DNA from: Trichosphaerium sp. ATCC 40318
Taxonomy: Eukaryota > Protista > Tubulinea
NCBI GenBank assembly: GCA_038496445.1
Contig: JALMLS010000064.1
Location: 186,001 to 250,000 of the forward strand
Direction: 5' to 3'
Length of the DNA: 64,000 nt
Positions within the stretch are counted from its first letter, which is position 1, and each line of letters starts with the position of its first letter. The translations under genes were made by a program, and so were the position numbers. This document shows positions 28,819 to 45,995 of this stretch, piece after piece. The notes beneath the pieces are model-generated. The model saw only the letters and a list, made by a program, of their open reading frames with translations, was not told the DNA's origin and ran no database searches.

Positions 28819-29854
28819 GCCTATTCCCTTACTGCAACTTGCAAAAAGTTTCGACTAAATGTAGTTAAGCCTTGTTTTGTCGTACGCTGACGTTATGTCA
28901 ATTATCGCACATACACAGCTAGAAAAGACTTGTATTGTTACTAAGAAACGAATTCGTAACTATTTTCAGTATTTACAATAAGAAAGCGGGGGAACTACAC
29001 CTGTGTATTTACCCTTTTATCGTACTGGCTTGCTAAAAACAGTGTGTTGATTTACCAATAGCGTAGGCGGATAATATTGTACTATTCCTCCGCCGAATGT
29101 TGTCATTTGAAGACTAGTTACGAGGTTTCTTTGTTTACGCACCCATTATCGCCCGTACTCGCCTACAATATACGTTTGGGAACCAATAACGTTAATTTTG
29201 TCTCACGTTTAGTCATTTATCTCAGAATGATCATAGGCTTGTAACAGTGAGCTAAATGGTGTTAAACAGCGAGCACCGTAGCACCTACCAAAGAGTAACT
29301 GCTCAGAAAAAAAAAAATGATGAGTGTCGAATTGGGAATGCAATCCATTCGTGGCCACCCAATCTTGGCGGCCGGATGAATAAGGGAGAATATATTTCGT
29401 CTAAATATCCCAAGTGACTACACCCCGTGGCTCATCGGTTGTAATAAAAAGACAAAGTCTTAAAAATAGGTGAGAGTACATAGCAAAAAAATTGCGGTTG
29501 CAAAAACATGTCAGTTTTCTGTTTTTATGAAAAAAGCTGGATACCTTCAATGTTAGTGTCTCTAAACTGTGCTCCTAGCATGTAGATCAAGCACAACGCT
29601 TTTTCACGAGCTGCAATTTTTTCAAGGAATGACAAAGCTTCGTAAAAGGCAAAAGCTGAAGATGTTACATGATCGTAGGAGTCGCGAGTTTGGTAGTCCA
29701 CGTGGTTTGTTTATTTAAAACTTTTGACGGAGGCCTTGTTTTGCCACTGTAGTGTATGTTTACGTGGTAATTTTGCAGTGCTTATGATCATTACAATAAG
29801 AAGTTGGTACTCTTGTTGAGGAGTAAAGACCAAGTTATTTTGTTCAGTTTTTTT

Positions 29855-30923
29855 TTATAGTACACGACAACATCGCTTATTTCCTTCTGTAACCAAGTCA
29901 ACTACATTTTCGTCTTGTCTTTGTTTGATTGCATCCTTTAAAATCTCTCTTACTAAAAAATCAAATGCCTCTTCAATGTTGAAGTCAGATAACGCTGACG
30001 TTTCAAACCAAGCACTTATTCTATTTTCTTTGCAGTATTCGCCTATTTTAGCGTGGTCTATACCGCCATATCCATTACGAACCAAGTCTACCTATGGATG
30101 AAATAATGAGTAACAGCTAGATGGAAAGGTCTATGATTGATTGTTGTGGATGGGTATCAGTTAGACGAACCTTATTTGCAATAAGAATTTTAGGTATCTT
30201 TTCCGATGAGTTCTTTCTTCTCACTTTTTTGTTTATCTCCTCGTTCCATTCTGGTATAGCGTCGAAAGTATTACCACGAGACATATCAAAAACCAGCAAA
30301 GCGCCAGCAGCTTCCTAAATATCACCAAAGATGTCAGTCATCAACATAAAACAACAAAAAAAATACAAACCTTGTAGTAAATATGTGTCATTGATCTGAA
30401 TCTATCTTGACCAGCCTTTTTCGTCACAATCAGAGTTGATCGGTCTACTAAAAATGGAAAAATACACGTACAACATCCCATAGTTGGAGTTTTACTAGCG
30501 TTTCATCAACAGTCAGGTCTTTAACAGCCATATCAACGCCAATCTTCATATTTTTTTTTTAACGTTAAACCAAAAAAAACAAACAAAACGAAATCACGTG
30601 ATTGGTCACGTGTTCGTACCGTATGTTTATAATCTGTTGTGTGATGTTAGTTTTTAAAAATGAAGAAAAAGCAGTGGAATCTTATAGAATTTGTACTACA
30701 CACCTGTTTTGAACTCATTGAGAGCGAATCGTCTCACTATAGATGTTTTTCCAGTCGCTAAACAATTATTTTTTGATTTCTTTGTTTATAGCCTAAATAC
30801 ATACCTGGCGCGCCTACAATTACTATTTTGAACGTGAACGACGGTTCCTTGAGTTTAGAATGGTTAAAACAATAGTGGTAGTACACGCACTTGTGCTGTG
30901 TTGCTAGGTGGTGCTGCAGCCAT
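29855..30923 (-). CDS. Rab GTPase, Rab32/38/29-like
   Basis: GAP|ATGKTS, TIGVD, WDV|AGQDRF (Ala in G3 typical of Rab32/38), YYK|EAAGA, ANK, WFETSA, C-terminal CCRVL prenylation motif. Confidence 0.85.
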
Positions 30924-31199
30924 GTCAACTGTCTGTCTGTCAATTGTCGGGTAGGCTGTAACAGCAGTACACGCAGTTTTAAGTTGTTGCGTTAAGCTGA
31001 CTTTGCTGTTGAAAAAGTCACGTGCGCACAAGGGTGAACACATGATAGCGATTTGAAACAAAGTATTGGGTAAGATAAGGCGATAGTTTGAACCAAGGAA
31101 ATAGACTAGTGTCATCCCGCTTTACGACTGTCAAAATTTTTTTGTCTTTTTTGAGTATTCACTATGACTTTATTTACATTAAAATTGTTGTTGGGTTTA

Positions 31200-34028
31200 T
31201 TACTTTGGTAGAACGAATGTATGCAAATCGTCATAAAAAGCATTTGGTGTGTAAGGTATACCAGCACCACAAGTCAATAGAACTTGTCTTCTACCGACTT
31301 TGCACATGCCATGAAAGTATCTTGGTCCAGGTGGAGTACCAGCTCCTTTAATTCTGTGAATCTTCCTTGTTGCTACAAAAAAAAGTTAAGAAATACTTCG
31401 TAGGGAGGGTGAGTCGTACCAAGGTCGAATATGAATACTTCGTTACAAATGATACCGCCCAATGTACCACCGACTGTGAATATCCTTGGGTGATCGTCAA
31501 ACTCAGCAACACCTGCGGTATGCCAAGCTAGACCAGTGTAATAATTTGGTAGTTCGAAATCGAGTTTTTCCCATGTTAGACTGCCAAGGTCAAGACAGTA
31601 TACGTCATTACAATACGTTTCAACGAATCCTACTGATGAGTATCCGCCAATAAAATAAACTTTGTTTCCAATAACAGTAGCTGTAGCGCCATCTCTAGGC
31701 GTTGGCTTCTGGCCATGTGTTTGAATTTTTTTCCAAACGGAAGTGTCTAAAAAAGACAAGTGTTAAAAGAGATCACGTGTATTTGGTTTGTTGGAATTTT
31801 TTTCGTACGTGTATCCAAACAATGTAAGTCATCAAAGAAAGCCTCTGGGACTATAGTAGATCCACCAAATATGAACAAGTATCGGTTATCCGAAACAAAA
31901 CTTGACTGGAATGATCTTGGTTGTGGTATATCTCCAGTACATGCAACCTTTTGCCATGTTGTCGTACTCATAGTTAACGCATATACATCATTAAAATACT
32001 TTTCGTTATCAGCTAATCCAGGCTTAAAGCACTGAGATCCTCCAAAGATAAACAGTCGATCTCCTATTTTTGAACATCAGAAAAAAACAACCCTTCAATC
32101 CAAAAAAGAGAGTTGTACCTAGTACTGCTGCAGCGTGACCAGATCTAGGAGTCGGTGTATGTTTTTGTGTAGGTATATCAGTCCATGTCATACTACCAAG
32201 ATCCAATACTTTCATATCATTATAGTAAATCTTATCGTTGCTTGTTGTCTCATAGAATCCACCAAATACGCCGACTTTTCCGTTACAGTATGTCATTGTA
32301 CATGCTGATCGTACTGATGGTCCTTTGCCCTCTGTAGCGATTGGTCCTGGCCAAGCAATAGCAAGGCGAGAAGAGTGCTAAATAACATACTATTAGATAT
32401 TGAAGAAAAAGACTAAAGGAAACGCACAAGTGGTTCTGGCTCTGCTGACGTCATTTGTTTTCTTTGTTTTGTTTTTGGGAGTTTGTCTCCAGTGAGTAGC
32501 TCACCCATATCCCATTTTCCAATTTGAGGGTTCCAAAATAAAGGGTACGCTACAACGTAGTTGTGGATTTGTGGGAGATTCAAAGTTACAGGCAATTCAT
32601 TGTAGTGTCCAATGAAAAATACTTGCAACACAATTTGATTTGTAATCTCGCTTTGTGGTACATCAAGTACAAAATCTTCTTTGTCTTGAGTGAGTATAAC
32701 ACGTTCTTTATTTTGATAGACGCGTGCTACTCCTTCCATGAACGTAGCAGGTATATTATCGACATCTATACCTTTAATAGACATGTCAGTACGCAAAAGT
32801 TTAAAGACTAGTTTTCTCTCTCACCTGTTATCGTAATCTTTGCAGATTTATCTTGTTGTATTGCACACGTGACACGTATTAATCTTTGTAGTATGAATGG
32901 AGGAATACCAAGTTGTAATTCATTCATAACAAGTTCCATAAAGTGATCACTCTTTGCAAAAACACGAACAGTTGCTAGCTTGTCATACTGAGTTTTTTGA
33001 AGGTTACAAATAATGAGATGTCCTTTTTTCTTCTTTGCAACTAGAACTTTGTTTTAGGCTTTATGTTCTTTTGAACTTTCTTGTGAACGCACCATTCCTT
33101 GGCATGTGACATGCAGGCGTAACTGTAAGTGAAGATCCCATTGCAAGCATAACATCACATTTCTTTGTGTTGCTCCAAGCCAAATCTAAAACATCTTCTG
33201 GCAAATTTTCACCGAAATTAACAATAGAATCTTCAAGTGGTCCGTAACACCTTCAAAAAAACATGTGATTAGATTGATGCTTCTGATATACAAAGTGAGT
33301 TTTTAAAAGGCTTACCCAGGTACACTACAGTATCTACCAGTCTTATGTTCCTTTGATGATATAGCATAAGTAGCAGAGGCATCAAAATCTCGAAGATATT
33401 CTTGGCCACATTTATTACATTTTTCCAAGTTGTGGTTACCATGCAGCTCGGATATCTGAATGTTTTAGGATTTCTCGTGAAAAAAAATGTCAACCTGTTA
33501 CGTACGTTTTGGGGTAGTATACCGCTCTTCCTGTGGAATCCATCGCTATTTTGGCTGATGACGTATTTCAGCACTCCTTTGTTTTGAAGCTCTACTAGTG
33601 CCATGTGGCCTTTTGTTGGCATTGCTAGGTATTGGTTATGATGGTTACACCGATTTAATGCAAATGTACCTTTGCGTTTTACTGTAGTTGGTGCTGTACG
33701 TTTTTGACCGGTAGCAGCAAGCGTCCAAACGCCTTCCGGCCCTCTAAAGTCGGGTATGCCTTAAAAACCGTTAAAAACTAGACAAAAAAGCTCCTGGGAC
33801 TGTGTTTATGGCGTACCTGCAGATGTACTTATACCTGCACCAGTAAATGCGCAAAAGTGCTTTGATTTACGAATCAATGCCGCGACTTGCTTTACCTACG
33901 CGGAGTGAGTCGGATATTGACAATATATTTTATTTCTCTTGTTTTAGATTTCTTACTTTTACTCTCAATGTTTCTTCATCTTCTTCATATTCAGTAACCA
34001 TCTTAGGGTCATGGTGGGCTGTTGACAT
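31200..34028 (-). CDS. Class IV (SIRT6/7-like) sirtuin fused to a C-terminal Kelch-repeat propeller
   Basis: FTGAGISTSA|GIPDFRGPEGVW, SQNSDGFHRKSG, ELHGN, DSIVNFGE, MGSSLTVTPA, ICNLQKT. In-frame GT-AG intron joins ...EPEPL|HSSRLA...PSVRSACTMTYCNGKVGVFGG, followed by about six Kelch repeats to a single stop. Confidence 0.85.
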
Positions 34029-34558
34029 GGTTGTTGTTGAATTAAATTAATACTACAGCAAGTTAAGTTCACTTTTCTTTTGAGAATTCAGTTCATTTAA
34101 TGGAATACTTACAGTCGATGAACGTGGATTATGTAAAGGCCTTTACCCGCTTAGGGGTACTGTTGCCGCTGATAAGCAATTCTTTGTATAGTGAGCTACG
34201 TTTTTGCCCATGGCAATATCACGTGAATTTGCAATAACAACGAAACTGCGTCAATGTTTTTCGCAGCTTTCTTGTTCTCAGACAAAAGACATCAGAGAAT
34301 GACGAGTGTTCTGTACTGTACTATATTAGAGAACATAACAAAGGTAGTATTACTTGAGAGTTAACAACCGTTTAGCCATGAACAAGGAGATTGCAAACGT
34401 TTTTTGAAATTATCTGAATTGGAAAATGAAAAGCACCAATAATGGTAACTCTTCCGACATCGGCGAATGTACTGATGGACAACGTATGCCATTGTACTTA
34501 CAGCTCCTCGGAGGACCCAAAAGACGGCGTGCAAAGTGAAACAAATCTGGACTTTTTG

Positions 34559-35053
34559 TTATAAGAAGCGCGCCTTTATGTAGCTATCACCTGATAGTGG
34601 TTCGCGTTTTATGCACTCTACAAGCTTTTTGTCGTAGTTTAAGTAATACAATATTTCAGTTGAACTATACCAGCCTAAAACAACGTTAAACGATATGAAT
34701 ACGCGAGAATAGATACCCTTATCCATGTCATAGGCATAATTGCAAGTAAAACCTAAAACACCATTATCACCAGAGTATTTGTAGTCTACTTGTTCACCAG
34801 AGAGCCCTTTTACTACTTTTAGAAGTTCTTTAGCGTTGCTCACTTCTGTTAAGAACTTTGATGCTTTTAATGGCTTGGTACTGTAGTACCCTTTTAAGGT
34901 ATCATCAGAAGAGCCTTCACTATTATACGTATAGTCCTTAAAGTGCATAGTACCACCTTGAACATTCTTGGTTTGAAATGGTTCGTCTTTACCATACACA
35001 AATTCGCCAGTAAAGCGCTTTTCGATTATCTGTTTTACTGTTGCAGCTGCCAT
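34559..35053 (-). CDS. Intronless 164-aa hypothetical protein
   Basis: Uninterrupted ATG-to-stop ORF of globular composition in an intron-rich context; no recognised domain. Confidence 0.6.
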   Translation of the reverse strand: MAAATVKQIIEKRFTGEFVYGKDEPFQTKNVQGGTMHFKDYTYNSEGSSDDTLKGYYSTKPLKASKFLTEVSNAKELLKVVKGLSGEQVDYKYSGDNGVLGFTCNYAYDMDKGIYSRVFISFNVVLGWYSSTEILYYLNYDKKLVECIKREPLSGDSYIKARFL

Positions 35054-35360
35054 TAATAGTTTATCAGGTTTTAATGAACAAATGTATTAACAGCTCTTAA
35101 GTAAGCGGTGTAATTCGTTCACTTAACGATTTCCCTGGTACGTTGTACCTTCGGCAAATATCGCGGAAAAATGTACGGAATAGTACTAGCCTTGCTGAGA
35201 ATATACTTGTAGGCGCGACTTGCATATCATTGGGTGTTCTCCATCGGTACATGTCTCACTTTAAGTTCAGGATCTGATTGTAATTCATGGCTTTTTCTAT
35301 TTGCTGAAACTATACTTGTGGGATTGGCTTCCTGTCATTACTTTTTATTGTTTGTATTGT

Positions 35361-35545
35361 CTCACTTCATCTTCTTTCTTATGAACGTTAATCCATTTAG
35401 TCTATTTGTGCAATTCAACAGCTATTGCTAATCTATGATGTAGGCTGTTGCTACACTACTTTTTGGTGTTATTATACCCAACTCATCTTCTTTCTTCTGA
35501 ACGTTACGTTATTCCATTTAGCCGTTTTGTATTCGATTCAAATGC
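35361..35545. repeat. Imperfect direct duplication (about 60 bp, about 120 bp apart)
   Basis: tcatcttctttcttatgaacgttaatccatttag near 35367 versus tcatcttctttcttctgaacgttacgttattccatttag near 35483. Confidence 0.7.
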
Positions 35546-35918
35546 GATTGTTACTCTCTATGTTCTTTACAAGAGCATTTCGTCTTTTTGTTGTTTCTAA
35601 TAGCTTGTGTCTATTATTATATGTGCTATAGTTTTGGTATAGTTTGTAAGATGGCCGGTACTAGTTGGTTATTACGGAAACTACACTGGATAGATGTAAC
35701 GCTAGTTTACATTATGTATAACAGTACTGCTTACAGCAACTTTTAAGCAAATAAACATATCATTTAAAAGCTGAACTAAAGTTCTCTAACATCGACCACG
35801 TGACACTTGTCAAAGTGTCAGTTACCTCCAAGTCTCGTGCTGTAGTTTCCAAATCGACAGTATGATAAAACGTAGGTATCTCGGCGAAATGTAGTGAGTT
35901 TTCTGCCCAACAAACTGA

Positions 35919-41529
<5,611 letters not shown>

Positions 41530-41776
41530 AAACAACAAAACATAAAAATGTAGTTTAGGGTTCCAAATTCCTACTTTTTTGCAAATTGACTTGGTACTCC
41601 TTGAGTGAGCACGTTTTCTCATGTTGAAATATGTAAATGAAGAATACTATGTTAATTATTCTTACTTGAATCTTTTTCGTCTCAAAGTACTTCGTTGACA
41701 GGCATTCCAAGACTCATACTTAAGTCATCGTATCCAAGTTGATATTGAAAACAAATTAGTTACAAATCAGTTACAA

Positions 41777-43321
41777 ATGAAGCTAGGCGGCACTTACAAA
41801 GGTAAAATAGAGTTGACAGTCGGTTGCGATCAAAAAGGAGAATACACTTTAATATTGCAGCCAAAAGGTACGTTAACTGCTGTGAAAGTGTTAAACCGTA
41901 TTAAAAATGCTGGTAGATGAACTGTCGTATATTATTAAAGGTAAACACACCGCTTTTGGAGAGACCTGCGCAATTTCGGGATATTGTAGTGCAGATGGGT
42001 TGATAAACTACTCCGATGGCGAAACAACATTCTTTGGAAAAATAAACAGCAAAGGTTATAAACGTCGCTTCAATTTAAACTAACCTCAGGTTGATAGGTG
42101 AGATAAGTGGGAAATGCCACAATGAAGGAAAGAAAGGTTCAGGAACATACAAACTAAAAATAGAACAAACAAAAGTATGTGCAAAATATTTGTAATCTCG
42201 ACCTTCTCTTCTCAAATTCTAACGCTGTCAACAGACTATAAATATAAAATGGAGGTTCTTCATGGATGATGAAACAACGTGTGATAATTCTTTAGTTCCA
42301 AGTTCAACCAAGGTTAGTACAACTAAGCTGTGAGTAACCTTAAACAAAGATTAATTTTTTATTAATAGATGTCTGTTTTGCATGAAATCGCTGGTAAGGT
42401 GTTAGGAGTTCCAGGATCACATGTTACATTATCTGTACGTATACAACGAAAACTTAAGCACTAACACAGCGTGTAGGGGGACAATAAAGTGCTGTACAGA
42501 GGAAAGACTATTGCAGAATGTATTGAAGAGGGTAAACTGTTTTTAAACACACATACGTATGCAACTTTTTTTGTTTGTTGTGTTATCTTCTAACTCCTAG
42601 TTCAGAAAAGAATATGATGTATACGTGAGAAATGATGGAAAGTTTGATATCGAAAACCATCTTGTCAGTATAATCAAGGCTGATGATGCTAAGGAGCTAA
42701 TGAGATTCACGAAAGAGGTAGCAATAGTTTTTTTTTTTTTCTCTGTTTCTTACCATGTGCAGCATAATGTTGATTTGGAAACAAAAATATCTAGCTCAGG
42801 GTCTGGAGGTCTTCGTGGTGGAGATGGAAGCTTTGGAAATGTTGTGAAGGGAACAATGTTGATGGTTAGCCTTGAACGACATTTCACTTTTTTTTTTTTG
42901 GTTGTTTCTTTGGTTGTTGCCTTACTAAGTCCTTCTTCGCAGGTTGCTACAATAAACCAGAAAAAAGAATGTTTCAAGTGGCTCCTAGACCAAGGAGCCG
43001 ACGTGAATACATCCTGTGATGTAGCTTATGGACCAGGATGTGTCAAGGTTTTTGGAAAGAATGCAACGCCAATCGCAGTCCGTGGCATTGCAAAGTATCA
43101 CATGCAAAAATGTGTGGGTTCCAAAGTTAAAATAGATATGAAAGATGAATTTGCAGAAGCACTTATAGCAAAGGGAGCAGATACGTAAGTATTTCTTGTC
43201 AACAATCACATGCACAGGGACTTTTTCTGACTTTTTTCTGATTTGTTTTAGTACTGTAATAGTAGACGTATTATCAAAGAAGGCAGTCTACGACCCTGTT
43301 CAAGGCATTATATTCAAGTAA
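41777..43321 (+). CDS. Multi-exon protein with C-terminal ankyrin-like repeat(s)
   Basis: TMLM|VATINQKKECFKWLLDQGADVN and FAEALIAKGADT; chain of short exons flanked by GT-AG introns (some internal junctions ambiguous). Confidence 0.6.
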
Positions 43322-43447
43322 ATCATTTAAAGACACTTGTATTTGGTACTAAAATAAAAGACTAACTAGTAATATCGTTATCTGTTGCCTAGTTCGGACA
43401 ATACTCAGCTTGAAAAAAAAGTTGTTAGCTTTTGTTGTTTTATTTCT

Positions 43448-45689
43448 TCAACAACTTTGTATTGATTCACATGATCGGCGCATGATTTGAGGATCAACTG
43501 TGCATCTATCAGAACCGCTTCCACCATCTACAGTAATAACGTTGGAATTCCTAGACTGCCGAACAGTTAAACAATCATCCCCAGCACCACCCAAAACAGC
43601 TGTGCTAGAAGTTGCAACAAAATCTATAACCTCTAACAAATCTCTTCCAGCTCCTCCATGGACTTGTTGGATCTCAGAATTCAATATACTAACGCAGTCA
43701 TTACCGCCATCACCTTATTTTCGTTTAGGTGAAACTATTCAATCATGCTGTACCTGCCACTGCTCCAAGTTTTGCGTTCTCTGCAAATATAATATCATTT
43801 CCGTTTGATCCAGAAACAACTGAATCTGGTGTCGAATCTGGGGTACCTATCACTTGAATACAATCATCACCAGCACCACCTATTATATTAGATACTTTTA
43901 CACTACTGAGGACAGCCTTATCATTTCCTGAACCAAGATTGATGGTGTTTTGGAACACAGCATTTGTTGCTCGAATGCAGTCATTTCCAGTACCTTGTTT
44001 TGAAACAATTACTAAAAAGTAAAACTTCACATACGATACCTGTGAGCACATTGCCTGCGATTGAAGCACCCCCCATCACAACTAAGCAATCAAAGCCTTC
44101 CAATAGTGATATACCACTCCTTACAGTAGCACCTGCTCCAACAAGAACACAATCATCTCCGTTTGATCCAATAATTGAGTCTACAGACTCTCCAGGTTGT
44201 ATCTTGATACAGTTTGTACCTAGCAATACGTTACTATAATACTTACAAGGACCTTTGTATTGCGTACATTCATCAAAGTTACAGCGATCACAAGCACAAC
44301 CTCTTGAACAAGGACCCAAGAAAATAGTCGAACAAATACTGTTATCAAAATTTGTTGGGTTTGATGTTGGTGCGATAGTTGCTGGCTGCATTGTTGGCTG
44401 TATTGTAGGTGCATCTGTAGCATCCATCGAAACATTAAAAGTTGTAGGTTCAGCAATACCACAAAGGCTTATTGTATTAAGACTTTTACTAGTTAGTTAC
44501 AAAATCTTCGAAATGAAACTTACATTGAGGTACTACTTTCAGAAGAAAAATGTGTTCTATCTCCTACCGTTATAGATGCTTGTAATTCCGATGTACCAGT
44601 TCCTTCGCGATATTAGATATAATCACGTGAACTATTTCACTAACCTGTTACTTCCATAGAGAACGAACATGTAACAGTACCACCCACAGCTATCATTCCA
44701 CTAGCAGAGAATCCTGTACCATCAACAGACTCTCCAAAAGCCTTATTGCAGATTACTTTAATTGAATACTACTTCTATAACTACGTACAAAGTCACAAGC
44801 AGGATTTCTTAGTGTAACAAAAGAAGGTGTTCGGAACTCAACAATAACATTTGGAGAATCGAATACACCAATATTGGTGCAAACTATTTCTACTTGTACA
44901 TCACTCCCTACAAACTCTTTTTTCAATTTTTGTTAACAATGTAAATTGTGTTACCAACTAGAGGCGGCCCTGTTATGTCATGACGGCATACAATAGAGTT
45001 CGAACAACAAGCATGACTTAAGCTAAATACATCAATGACATCCGTAGTTGTGTTAATAATGAACTGAATAGTTGACAATGCATCGTGATCAAAAGTAGAA
45101 TCGAAAGCCAAGCAAACATCTCGTCCTGATACAGGATCAAGTTCTGGAACTCTGAATTTTTCCGTAGTGTATTCTCCATCCATTGAATCAGTAACTCTTA
45201 CTTCAAAGTCAAGATCCGTTGACGATGAATCGAAGTGTGCAAGCCAACAATCTATTCATTGAAAGATTAAAATGTTTTATCGGAACTCACAAGTATAATT
45301 CTTACCGCAATTTGATGTACGGCTATTTGTTTGTACATTGATAGGAGCAATGTAAAATAAAAACAAGTCACAAGTAACATTACTCAGTACAGATGATCCC
45401 TTAGTACCTATAAACATCTCTGAAGGCCCTCCTGACGCGCAGCGCATGTCTTGCCCATCGCCTTCAGCTGTAATCCTTCTTAAGACTCCTGTAAGCGTGT
45501 TACGGCGTCAAAGAGACAAATTATGCACGTACCAGGGTATGGGAAATCAATGTTTGGGTTGGCAGATGGTGTGGTCGTATCACCTGCGAGATCGCTGTTA
45601 AAACTATCCAGAAGTAAACCACTTTGTGCTGATACTGTAGTCATAAGAATCATAAGAGTAAGTAAAAGATGCATGAGGTGTCGTGGCAT
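43448..45689 (-). CDS. Secreted protein with C-terminal RTX/hemolysin-type Ca-binding GGxGxD repeats
   Basis: Signal peptide MPRHLMHLLLTLMILMTTVSA; Pro/Thr linker; repeats GSNGDDCV, GNDCI, LGSGNDKA, GGAGDDCI, GSNGNDII, GGAGRDLL, GGAGDDCL, GGSGSDRC. Confidence 0.75.
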
Positions 45690-45995
45690 GTTTACAAAAT
45701 TTTATTTCAAGAAAAAAACCTAAAAAGAAAAACACGTGACTAACTTGGATGCTTACTTATCGATGAGTGTGAATTGAGAACAACAAAGCGGCTGCCAATG
45801 GCGCATATGAGAACAACAAGGGTAACGTGATCTTGCGCAAGCGATGTGGTAAAAACCTCTGGCAACAACAAACCTGAAGAAAAACGCTGGAAAATGCAAA
45901 CCTTCAAGTCTCCCAAAGTCTTGGTTTGACAGTCTTGTACTTTTACATTCTCGCTCAAATACCAGTGTACATGGTGTAGAATAAGTCGTCATCAC

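Noticed and set aside
29335-29385. GC-rich imperfect hairpin as ncRNA or SECIS element
   Set aside because: Stem is short and bulged, lacks tRNA/snRNA/SECIS hallmarks, and no in-frame TGA selenoprotein is adjacent.
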